Positions 12,750 through 23,800 of a DNA stretch of 64,000 nt are shown here, piece by piece; position 1 is the first letter of the stretch; every line of letters begins with the position of its first letter. Source of the DNA: Macrostomum hystrix (Eukaryota; Animalia; Platyhelminthes); contig CATNEN010000003.1 of assembly GCA_950097015.1 (NCBI GenBank), positions 2,046,001 through 2,110,000 on the forward strand. Reading direction: 5' to 3'. The notes beneath the pieces were generated by a model, which saw only the letters and a list, made by a program, of their open reading frames with translations, was not told the DNA's origin and ran no database searches. A program made the translations under genes and the position numbers.

Positions 12750-13567
12750 CAAACCCTACCCCCAGTGTGCACTCATTTCTGGGCCAAACCCTACCCCCAG
12801 TGTACACTCATTCCTGGGCTAAACCCTACCCCCAGTGTGCACTCATTCCTGGGCCAAACCCTACCCCCAGTGTGCACTCATTTCTGGGCCAAACCCTACC
12901 CCCAGTGTACACTCATTCCTGGGCCAAACCCTACCCCCAGTGTACTCATTCCTGGGCCAAACCCTACCCCCCAGTGTGCACTCATTTCTGGGCCAAACAC
13001 TACCCCCCAGTGTGCACTCATTCCTGGGCCAAACCCTACCCCCCAGTGTACACTCATTTCTGGGCCAAACCCTACCCCCAGTGTACTCATTCCTGGGCCA
13101 AACCCTACCCCCCAGTGTACACTCATTTCTGGGCCAAACCCTACCCCCAGTGTACTCATTCCTGGGCCAAACCCTACCCCCCAGTGTGCACTCATTTCTG
13201 GGCCAAACACTACCCCCCAGTGTGCACTCATTCCTGGGCCAAACCCTACCCCCCAGTGTACACTCATTTCTGGGCCAAACCCTACCCCCAGTGTACTCAT
13301 TCCTGGGCCAAACCCTACCCCCCAGTGTGCACTCATTTCTGGGCCAAACCCTACCCCCCAGTGTACACTCATTCCTGGGCCAAACCCTACCCCCCAGTGT
13401 ACACTCATTTCTGGGCCAAACCCTACCCCCAGTGTACTCATTCCTGGGCCAAACCCTACCCCCCAGTGTGCACTCATTTCTGGGCCAAACCCTACCCCCA
13501 GTGTGCACTCATTCCTGGGCCAAACCCTACCCCCAGTGTACACTCATTCCTGGGCCAAACCCTACCA
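12750..13567. repeat. 33-36-bp minisatellite (CCAAACCCTACCCCCAGTGTGCACTCATTTCTGGG), about 23 copies
   Basis: Tandem periodicity with variable C-run length; lies downstream of the plastin stop codon. Confidence 0.95.
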
Positions 13568-14799
13568 GTATCATTTTCCAATATATTATGTTGGGTCAGC
13601 CAAATAATCTGCAACTCCTGATATCATTACATTATTAACTTTACTTTCTTTTTTCAAAGTTTCCCTGTTTACAATTATTAATGCCCAAGACTTTATCTGC
13701 ACCCGCTATTGTCATGACAAATGAGTTTTCACAGATTTTATTTTTAAGCTTTTGTAATTTAATGCAGGAATTTCCTCTTTGACGTTCCAAGTTATGTCGG
13801 TTTTTCTATTGTTGAATTATTTATCGATTGATTCCTAACGTGTTACTTTTACTTTACTGTATTGATTTTTCACGCACTTTGATACACAGATACACAATGT
13901 CTCACTGCATGTGGTTTTTACGTTTTAGAATGTATTAAGCTTCTGTTTTTCTCTCTTTGGCATATCTGCCAATCAAACTATATTCTAGTTACTTAATTAT
14001 ACTTTTTTTTATCTTGCCATGCCGCAAAATGTGTCTTGTACGTGTGTACATGCCTGTCTAGTTTATCTTCGCTGTGCGAATCTTGTCTAAATGTCTCTCT
14101 ATTGATTATTATTCAAGTCGATATTTTCTGCCTGTCGGACCAAATTTTGGTGTTATATATTTTTTTCAATTCTAGCTTTTTGCGCTTAGAAAAACCTAAA
14201 ATTTAACATGCTTAGTTTTTTTACGTGAGTGCTTCGAAATGCTGCTCATTATGATATTCATTTTTTGCACCTTGAGACTCTAAGTAGTATAATGCAACAG
14301 CAGCAGTAGTACAACAGCAGCATAATGCGCTTAACTCAGACAGATAAAGCCAAAAAATTGGCTGATCTAATTAAATAAATATATATATACTGTGAGTTTG
14401 TGAGGAAAAAAAAGAGAGTATAAAAAATAAAATTAAATAATCAACATAGATTGTTTGTTTAATAAAAAATTTCCACCGCGTTCCGGTCCATCATTAACCA
14501 TTTTCTAAGTCTGTCATATATTTTCTCGCATACGAATCAAATGTTTCTAAGAAAGAGAACAAGCGTCAACTGTACAGTCCCATGGGCAAATCAGGGCTGT
14601 TGCCCATGGGATGCACGTACGAGTACACTAATGGGGTTTGAGCCTTCACTTCAAATACCTTGAGCAAATGGCCCGCATAGAATTAGCTGAACATTGAGAT
14701 TTGGTTTTTGGGTTTTCATACATTCGAGATTCTAAAATATATTAGTCTGAGTGGCTTACATTTAAATTGACTTCAAGTATTACACGATTGTGCGGTTTA

Positions 14800-15425
14800 A
14801 CTTGTATTCGTGTGAGCCTGATGGATTACGGTCACTGAATTCGTGTGAGCCTGGTGGATTACGGTCACTGAATTCGTGTGAGCCTGGTGGATTACGGTCA
14901 CTGAATTCGTGTGAGCCTGGTGGATTACGGTCACTGAATTCGTGTGAGCCTGGTGGATAACGGTCACTAAATTCGTGTGAGCCTGGTGGACTTCAGTCAC
15001 CGGATTCGTGTGAGCCTGATGGATTATGGTCACTGAATTCGTGTGAGCTTGGTGGATTTTAGTCACTGGATTCGTGTGAGCCTGATGGATTTCAGTCACC
15101 GGATTCGTGTGAGCCTGATGGATTTCAGTCACCGGATTCGTGTGAGCCTGATGGATTTCAGTCACCGAATTCGTGTGAGCCTGATGGATTTCAGTCACCG
15201 GATTCGTGTGAGCCTGATGGATTTCAGTCACGGATTCGTGTGAGCCTGGTGGATTTCAGTCACCGGATTCGTGTGAGCCTGATGGATTTCAGTCTCAGAA
15301 GTCCTGCGAGCTTCTTCCACCCAAAGTTCCGCAGCCCGCCTGCAGTTGGCGCAGCGAGTTCTGGCATTCGCCGCGAAGCTGATCAGCGCACGCAGCGGCT
15401 CGCTGCAGTTGCCAAAGAAAACACC
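14800..15425 (-). repeat. Left arm of long inverted repeat: 33-bp minisatellite plus about 130 bp of unique sequence
   Basis: Reverse complement of 19736-20510; unit GTGACTGAAATCCACCAGGCTCACACGAATCCG. Confidence 0.9.
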
Positions 15426-16568
15426 TTCACTCCACAGACTCTCCTCGGTGTCATTCGGTATTACTTCCGCTTTTCGTAGACCCGCACCCTTGCCGTCTTG
15501 CGTGAATTCCTTCATTGCTACATCCAAAGCGTGTCTCGCTTCGATGAATTCAACGTCCTTCCAAATACTCCAATCACGCTTAAGAACAGCTTGAACATGG
15601 AATTGTAACATTGAAACAAAATCCTTCAATTAAGAGGCTCTGTGACGAAATTAACGGCAGACAGAGTCAGGCGGATGTTTAATATTCCAGTTGGAGTCCA
15701 GAGTTCGCGTAATCTAGTGTAGCGGTAGCACTTTATCTTTATTTATTTTCACTGAGACACACGACAAGCAATATAATTAAAGTCAGGTGCAGGAGCTCAA
15801 TGATGACGATGCAATAGAGAAGACAGCGGATGACAGTAGATAGGTAATGACAGAACGAAACACTCGACAGAACAGTGCATGGGTAAGTAGGTCGCAGTGA
15901 AAGTAACAGTGGCCGGGACAAGAGCAGTGACAAAAGGGGTGGCCCGTTTGCGGCACGGGCGGGCCCAGGGGGCCTAGTTAAATAAGCTAGCCCGCGGTAA
16001 AAACAGGGCGATCGATAATCTAGAGAACCAGAGCACGCACGCTCATTGGCTGAGAGAATTGACATTAATGCAACTGCGAGATAAGTTTAGGGATAGCGCG
16101 ATGTGCGTTGGCGTTTACATACAGTAACAATCTAAGAAATATACGGAATTGCAAAGTTGGTGACAGCGTAATTATATTTGTTAAACGGCCCAATTCAGTA
16201 CCACATAAATTTAAACTTCATAGGGGCTCTTGCAGTAAGTGACAACGTCACAGCTCCATATCTCCCACCATCTTTCTTCCTAACTTCCAGTACAAAGAAC
16301 TTTAGAATTAGAAGATAGTTGATATCAGCACTTGACATCTCCTTCAGTTCCTACAGCACCATCAGCGAGGATCCTCCGCCGGTAGCCCATACTTTCTTCT
16401 TTTCCTCATGCCATTCCGTGAAAGTCTTCACCATCCACTGGGCCTTCCTCCGCGTCGACTCGGAAAAGTTTCCGTCAATTTTCAGCCGCAACTCATCCTC
16501 GGACTCTCGAAGAGAGAGTCCTCCAACACACTAAAATCGAATTTAGTGTCAAAATCACTTGCTTCCAT
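15421..16568 (-). pseudogene. Crypton-type (DUF3504-associated) tyrosine-recombinase transposon remnant, N-terminal part
   Basis: After removing the LTR and one TSD the minus strand reads in one frame ..STRRKAQWMVKTFTEW..L*ELKEMS..KFFVLEVRKKDGGRYGAS*LKDFVSMLQ..FIEARHALDVAMKEFTQDGKGAGLRKAEVIPNDTEESLWSEGVF. This resembles CryptonA/ZMYM-KCTD1-like DUF3504 proteins (recognised by eye). It has stops and a frameshift and lacks the catalytic C-terminus. Confidence 0.7.
15641..16252 (-). mobile_element. Solo LTR (612 bp), probably Gypsy-like
   Basis: Inverted termini TGTGACG...CGTCACA, 4-bp TSD GCTC (15637-15640 and 16253-16256), AATAAA on the minus strand near 15740; it interrupts the Crypton frame. 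Confidence 0.85.
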
Positions 16569-18304
16569 GTTGTAAACACGACTATAAATAACACACGTTG
16601 TATGCATTAGTCAGCGCCCCATTAGTTTCACTTCAGGCAAAAATTAGTACAGAAATTTGTCACTTCTGCCATAGACTACGATTTTATATGCTAGCTGAGT
16701 GAGTGTGGGACATGATTCTAGCCCCCTCAAGTTGGTTGGTCAGCCTACAAGCCCGAAGCTTCCTATCTTTTAGTTTTTGTCTATGGCCGATTCAGACAAA
16801 GCCAATATTTCCCACACCCTGCGAAGGTGTTGTCCAACCTTCGCTTCACACTTTTTGGACATAGACTATAATTTCAGACAGCCCCAGTATCGAAAGTTTT
16901 TTTAAGTACGGTGACAAGCAAACTACGAGCGTAGCAGTCTTTTAGCGTCACCCCGGCCCAACTGCTCGATCGACCTGCTAACGGTTTAATTGCGCAACAG
17001 CATTACATTTGGTCAGCAGCAGCTGCCAAAAGTGCCAACAAATAGAGCAGCAGTAGCAGAAGAAGTAGCAGCCAAGCAGCAGCAACCAGCAGTAGCAACA
17101 TCAAAAACAGTGGCAACCTTTCTGCCAGCATCGGTTAGAGGTGAGATCAATATTTGTATGTGTATGTATAGCATTAGTTAGCGACGTGAAATACATCACT
17201 GTATTAATATACTTTAGCATAGCCATTTTCGTGTTTATTTGCTGTCGTCGTTGCTGCCGCAGCCAGTCATTAATATATCATTTAAAGAGTCAAAGATTCG
17301 GTGTCAACCGGATTTGACTTCTATAGTTAATGTGCACATCAAGGAATTTTATTAAAAAAGTGTCATCCAATTTATATCAAATTTATTTCTATACTGAAGC
17401 TCTTCTATTATGTAAACATAGTTTATGTACCCCAATAGAATATCTTAAAATATACCTTAGTTAAAAAATATCGTATTCATCATTGATCACAGGGGCCTTG
17501 TGAAGGGGTGCATAGTGATGGGATACGGGAAGTGATTGCAGATTAAATTAACAAATTTAAATGTCGAGTTATTCTGCATTCCTTGAAATATTTCAGCCAT
17601 CTCACCGAAAGCAAAATGGAGTCCCAATTCACGAAAATAATATCTACCGAGGTGACTTTCTACCTGCTGATTTGCATTCTGTCACTGCAACTGACAATGT
17701 GAGAATTTTCGACCAATAGTTTTTGCTGAATACTTGAAACTTTCTTATCTCCCATTGCTTTTTATAATAAGCGTAACAGTCGGTTCATAATTTTAGGTGT
17801 TGCCAGTTGTAATGAAAAGCAATCGAAAAAGTTTTTGTCAAACGGCTTCTTAGTCAGATTCAGTCACATTCGAGTCAGTCGCTCATCTCCACACAATTCT
17901 GCAGAGTTAAATCAGCTGACTGCTACTGCACAGTGGGAGGCACGCGGATGCTGGATTTCGGTAGCCAGCTCACATTCGCGGATTTTCGGTTGATTCCACT
18001 CACCGACGGTGTCCCAGTTCAGCCAGGTCAAGAAGTCAACTGCAAATGGCACTTATCAACAGACCACCTGAGCAATGCGGTCATGACTATGAGAGGATTC
18101 AATCTAAATGTCCTCATGAACAATAGAAGAAGAGAAATCAGATCAGTTCCATCCGAAGTAGAAGGATTAAAATATGAACTGCGCACACTCGCTCCAGCCA
18201 GTGCGTTGCTTAAAGCTTTATTCATGGAGCTGTTCTGTTTAAGCATCAATTACTTAGATGTCGTTCTGTATCGCATAATAAAAATCAGCCAAACAATTAG
18301 TATA

Positions 18305-18420
18305 GGGGTAAGCGGCAGAGCGGCTAACGCCTCGGCCTCTTGCACCCTGAGGTCCCTGAGCTCGAATCCGCGACAAGGGCACAATAGTTTTGGTGCATCT
18401 GCGGAGAGAAGGCTCCTTGT
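18305..18420 (+). mobile_element. SINE family A, partial copy 4
   Basis: GGCAGAGCGGCTAACGCCTCGGCCTCTTGCACCCTGAGGTCCCTGAGCTCGAATCCGCG resembles the heads of copies 1-3. Confidence 0.65.
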
Positions 18421-18528
18421 GCTTATTTACGTTTTTAAGACCTAGTAAAATATTTTGGGATAAATTATATGTACCAACACTTCATCAAACATTCTGTCAC
18501 TTTTCACAGCATCACTTTTCACTTTGCA

Positions 18529-18836
18529 GAGGTTGTAGCCTAGTGGTTAGAGCGTCGGACTCACGACTTGAAGGTCGGGGGTTCGATTCCCGTCTCCACT
18601 CGAACAATTTGCGTCCTTTAGCAAGACACTTAACTCTGCATTGCTTCAGTTTACCCAGCTGTTAAATGGGTACCAGCATCAGCTGGGATAATTGAAGGTG
18701 GGTGTGGCGTCCCCCCAGTCCGTGGACTGAACAGCTGTACGCAGCCTTCAGATGCGCCGCGCATTAGCTGCGGCTGTGCTGTCGGCTGCACATCTGGCCC
18801 AATTGGGGCAGGTGTAATCAATTATTATTATTATTA
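18529..18836 (+). mobile_element. tRNA-derived CORE-like SINE
   Basis: A box TAGCCTAGTGG, B box GGTTCGATTCC, central GTCCTTTAGCAAGACACTTAAC..CTTCAGTTTACCCAGCTGTTAAATGGG resembling the MIR/CORE domain, and an (ATT)n tail. A similar 3' part occurs at about 10170-10250. Confidence 0.75.
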
Positions 18837-19735
18837 AATTACAGCATCGCACTGCTCGGCAAAATCAACAAAGACGACTGAGTCGGTGAAGTTGGAGACT
18901 TTTCGGGTTCTGCAGCTGCCCAGAGGGTGAGCTTTACTCGATCTTGACGATTCTGTCATGCTACAATTCCTGCTCCCATGTGCATGTTAACTTCTAGATG
19001 AGATGCGCTAATCTCTCTTTAAAAAGAAACGTACTCGATACTCAGTACTTGAATTGTTTGTACTCACAGGAGCTACCTGACTTTCACCTACCGACTAAAG
19101 TCTAACAATCCAGACACACCTGGCCTGAGCATTCAGCTGATGGAGCCCGGCTTCTGTGGACAGGAAGTTACGAGTTTTGACAGCAGCTGCTTTACGGCCT
19201 CCTCAACACGCAGATCCCTGAAGGCTGAGCTGACAGCCCTCACTTTGGACAGCATGGTCATGAGTCTGGCGTCCTTCAACAGTTCCAGCTCCCTGCACAG
19301 CTTCGTCAGAGAGAGTAAGTCAGTCCGGGTGATAGCATGCTTACAATGGCACTCACACACACACACACACACCCGCAACAATGGCTACTTAAGTACAGCG
19401 ATGCGAACTCATTGCAGGCCAGCGAACCAGAGTGGGATCGGGACTCAGCACTCGCTCAAAGACTCCGTTGGACTTATCAAAGAGACTCCGCATCGGGATG
19501 TTCTACCTGCCCAGAAACCAATCGATTTTCTACCTGAGACACTCGGGAGACCGCTGTGCAGTGGAGATATTTAACGACACCTTAAGTCTGTAAGTAGCGC
19601 ATGCAATCTCCCAAATTGAGCTCAAAATATGAGTACAAAGCGAGTTTGTAAAATATTTGCAGAAACTTCACTGTCCAATCAGAGTCTGCCACAGGCGTCC
19701 TCTGCGGCTCCCTCAGCGCATCTGCCTCGGTGGGC

Positions 19736-20510
19736 GGTGTTTTCTTTGGCAACTGCAGCGAGCCGCTGCGTGCGCTGATCAGCTTCGCGGCGACTGCCAG
19801 AACTCGCTGCGCCAACTGCAGCCGGGCTGCGGAACTTTGGGTGGAAGAAGCTCGAAGGACTTCTGAGACTGAAATCCATCAGACTCACACGAATCCGGTG
19901 ACTGAAATCCACCAAGCTCACACGAATCCGGTGACTGAAATCCATCAGGCTCACACGAATCCGGTGACTGAAATCCACCAGGCTCACACGAATCCGGTGA
20001 CTGAAATCCATCAGGCTCACACGAATCCGGTGACTGAAATCCACCAGGCTCACACGAATCCGGTCACTGAAATCCACCAAGCTCACACGAATCCGGTGAC
20101 TGAAATCCAACAGGCTCACACGAATCCGGTGACTGAAATCCACCAAGCTCACACGAATCCGGTGACTGAAATCCACCAGGCTCACACGAATCCGGTGACT
20201 GAAATCCACCAGGCTCACACGAATCCGGTGACTGAAATCCAACAGGCTCACACGAATCCGGTGACTGAAATCCAACAGGCTCACACGAATCCGGTGACTG
20301 AAATCCACCAGGCTCACACGAATCCGGTGACTGAAATCCACCAAGCTCACACGAATCCGGTGACTGAAATCCACCAGGCTCACACGAATTCAGTGACCGT
20401 AATCCATCAGGCTCACACGAATCCGGTGACTGAAATCCACCAGGCTCACACGAATCCGGTGACTGAAATCATTCAGTCTTACACGAATTCGGTGACTGAA
20501 ATCCATCAGA
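19736..20510 (+). repeat. Right arm of long inverted repeat: unique segment plus 33-bp minisatellite (about 19 copies)
   Basis: Reverse complement of 14800-15425; it generates the spurious (VTEIHQAHTNP)n ORF. Confidence 0.9.
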
Positions 20511-20614
20511 AATCAGAAGTAGGAACCGGTCTTTTTGTCCTTGGATATTGTATTTACTTGTTTGTATATACTATTCTCTTCATTTAAAAATATTTTATAC
20601 TGACTGTTTTTGGG

Positions 20615-20700
20615 CTATAATTGGGATTTCGACGAGAATCGGCAATTCGACGAGAATTATGATTTGTGCCATTATTGGGATCTCGACAATGGGATTTCAA
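20615..20700 (+). repeat. 86-bp direct repeat, copy 1 (copy 2 at 25746-25831)
   Basis: CTATAATTGGGATTTCGACGAGAATCGGCAATTCG...GGGATTTCAA appears identical at both sites. Confidence 0.85.
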
Positions 20701-20879
20701 TGATGAATGTGCAATAAATTTTGCAATAATCGTTTCAATGTTAATATATATTAAGTTATTAATAAAGCGTTTTGCACAAGCGTATAAAATCCGATTTCGT
20801 CGTTAATGGACGTTTAATGGGCGCATTCTGAGCCACGAATCTATCGTCTATGGTTGGAAAATGCGAAGTCTTGAACCAG

Positions 20880-21650
20880 TGTGCCATATAATGGTCCCGA
20901 AAACGGGGCCCATTAAACCATATAATGGGCGCCAAACCAAATCGAATTTCATATAAAATAGTGGCTGCTCAATTTGCAGTCTATGGTTAAAAAGTCCTCG
21001 GCCACGCTCAATAGTCCTCGGCTCGCTTCGCTCGCCTCGGACCATTAAACGCAGCCTCAGACTTTCTAACCACAGAATGCCAATTAAGCAGCCACTATCA
21101 TATACTTAAAATCTTCCAGCGCCAAGAAAGTACATTTATTGGGCTCTTTCGAAACAGGGAAAGTGAATGTCTATGGCTGGATTCTGCCTTCCTGGAATCT
21201 TTTTTTTTACTTTTCACTTAATGGTCCCTAAATCGGGGACCATTAGATATTTAATGGGCCCCATTTTCGAGCCCAGTGAAATATGTAAATAATAACGCTG
21301 GTTATTTCACATTCTGTGGTTAGAATGTCCGAGGCTGCGTTTAATGGTCTCGAGACGAGCGTAGCGAGCCGAGGACCATTGATTGCAGCCGAGGATATTC
21401 TAACCATAGACTATGATGAATTTAACGTCGTTTATCATATATGAAATTCGATTGCTTTTTTTCGCGAGCATCCCATCAGATTGATAGACATATAGGTTTA
21501 CACCATTTGATTCCGACCATAGACAAAAAAATAAATTTCTCACGAAGATCACGAAGCAGCCAGTCAGTCAGTGGTGGCAAAACGTAAAAGGCGAATTCAA
21601 AGTTCACTTCAATGTTCCATATAATGGTCCTTATTTCGAGGAGATTATAA
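20880..21650. mobile_element. Non-autonomous palindromic DNA element (nested hairpins; possibly Crypton-mobilised)
   Basis: About 20941-21080 is the diverged reverse complement of about 21310-21452. Each half is itself a hairpin centred on CTCGCTTCGCTCG / CGAGCGTAGCGAG. AATGGTCC..GG(A/C)CCATT modules recur at 20890, 21221 and 21622. Confidence 0.6.
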
Positions 21651-21779
21651 TGTGTAGTATCCTAGTTTTTGTCAAATTATCTCACCAAAAATTACCATAG
21701 AAAACACATTCCCGGCTCAGAATAGTACAATTTTTTAACGATTAAATAAGCAATCTTATTATCAGCGAATGCTCGGATC

Positions 21780-23800
21780 ATGCTGAAATTGCTAGATGAC
21801 GGCAGGTTGGTGAAGAGTGAGCCGGGAGGCCAGCCTGGTGTCAGAGTTGCGAGACTACCTGCGCTACACTGCCCGCATTGGCGCGCTGTTTGACCTCGGA
21901 TTCGACAGGGCTCGAGTCATGAGGTTTGATGATGAGTGTTGACTGACCAATGAAGGCGAGACATCATGTGAGTCAGGCGTAGAGAGTGCAGCGACTGCCA
22001 GAATTGACAGAGCCTGCAGCCACCCGAGGTCAGCAACTATGAATCCGTGACTGCTTATGCTGAAGCAGTTGAAGTGCAAGTTCTAAGAGAAATTCGCCTT
22101 GACCGCTACCGCCGGTGCTCGGACGTGTGGCGGCCTCAGTTTGTGAGTGCGCTGGGAGCCCTGCCGAAGGATGATGGTCGGATACGCCAGACGAATTGTC
22201 AGCGAACTCGCACTGGGAGAGCAATTAGAGACTGCGGTTTTCAAGCGCTGAAAACTTTGCAAGGAAGTTGACGAAAGGCTGCTACATCACCAAAGTTGAC
22301 CTGAGTGAAGCGCATGTGGAGTGCACCCAGACGACTTCGTGCATACCGGCCTCAAGTTCCAGTTCCAGGGCTGCACCACTCCAGTACGACACCCGCCTGC
22401 CGTTCAGCCTCGCCTGGCGGCAGCCTCGGTTACGTGCTTTCAACGCCTGAGCAATGTAACTCATCTGATGATGGTGCGCAGATGCTTCAACAACATCGAG
22501 TCCTACCTGGACAGCAAAACCTTCTTGCGGTGTAACACATTGCGGCGTGGTCAGAGACCGCTGGTGGACTCCAGGCTGCGCAGCCAACTGAACTGGTGGA
22601 AGGTGGCGTTTCAGGCGTGCCGGTGGGCACAGCTGTGGCCAATCTACAATGGAATGGTGGCGATCGAGTCCGATGCATGAGGTTGAGGCGGTACCATCCT
22701 GGCAATTTTCAAATTTTTGCTGACGCTGCCTCCCGTTTGGATGAGCGGGTCAGCTGCTAATTTTTTTACTACGTTGTTTTGCGTGCCCAAGCGTTCTGCA
22801 ACCACTGCATCAACATGCTTTTGGCTCGGCGAACGCCTCCTTTCTTAATTTTCAGGCCGCACAGACTCTCTTAGCGGTCGCGCCGCGTCGCTGCTGAGCG
22901 ACGCGGATCGGACGCTCCGAGGTCGGCACAGGCAGTCAACAAGCAGTGAGTGACGCGAGTGACGCGATTTCCGCGTTTCAGGCTACTATTTTGGTAGCCT
23001 GATCGGCACGCGGCTACTTGCCTACAGCATCTCGGCCGTCTACAGCTCCCTGTCGCTCTGGTTCAGGATTAACTCGGCGCCGGACCTGACTAAGCACGCT
23101 TAGTCAGACTAAGCACGCACGCGTAGGTTCTCCTCCTACGCGGCGCTAAACGGGTCCTCGGGCTGCGCGTGAACCGAAAGCGGCCAGTGTCGCCTGCGAT
23201 GCTGATGGAGATGCGACGACAAGTGGACGAATCCGATAAAATGCAGCTGGCCTGGTGGGCTGTGACCATGTGCTGCTGGTGGGGAATTCTACGAAAGTCC
23301 AGCCTGCTACCTCGAACTGGCAAGGGCCCGGCCCTTTCTCGGCGCGCCGACCTGCTTCACCATTCAAAGGGTCTGGTGTTGTGTAGCGATTTCGGCAAGA
23401 CCATGCAACTCAAGGAGCGCAGACGCATGGTACTGCTGCCGAGATTGACGCGGCAGCGAGCCCTGTGCCCGGTGAGCGCAGTCGAGCGACACATCCGCGC
23501 CAGCGGATTGCAGTCAGCGGAGTTTACCGCCCTGATCCTATGCAGACGGAAGTGGCGGCTTACGCCTGCTGACTGGGAGGCACCTGGACTGCTTCCTCGG
23601 CGACAGGTTTGCTGCAGCTGGTGTTCGACGAGGAGCTTACTCCGCGCGAGGCTGTGCAGCGCTGTCTTCCCCAGGTTCACCAGGCAGCTGAGGCTGCTGT
23701 GACTTTTGCCAGTGGTCTCTCTGCTCTGTTTTAGTTCCCAGCCTTGTTGCATTGTTGTCACTGTAGCTTATCCTATTTTTTCGTTGCGTTGTTGTCTTCG
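21780..23800 (+). mobile_element. Decayed DIRS/Ngaro-type tyrosine-recombinase retrotransposon (gag-RT-RNase H-YR remnants)
   Basis: Frameshifted motifs in the expected order: gag-like DYLRYTARIGALF; RT VSALGALPKDDGRIR, ITKVDLSEA, HPDD, DTRLPF, FQRLS..MMVRR..SYLD; RNase H LNWW..IESDA, ADAASRL; YR RKRPVSPAML..WWGILRKSSLL..GKTMQ..LCPVSA. Confidence 0.8.

Noticed and set aside
12750-13567. Telomere-like repeat (AACCCT within the unit)
   Set aside because: Only one hexamer per 35-bp unit and no (TTAGGG)n run.
18529-18600. tRNA-Val(CAC)-like gene
   Set aside because: The acceptor and anticodon stems pair poorly, there is no T-run terminator, and the sequence continues into a SINE body and tail.
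5542-20587. Repeat-peptide ORFs ([32 protein letters not shown])
   Set aside because: They coincide with minisatellites in introns, the probable UTR or inverted arms; the open frames follow from unit sequence and length.
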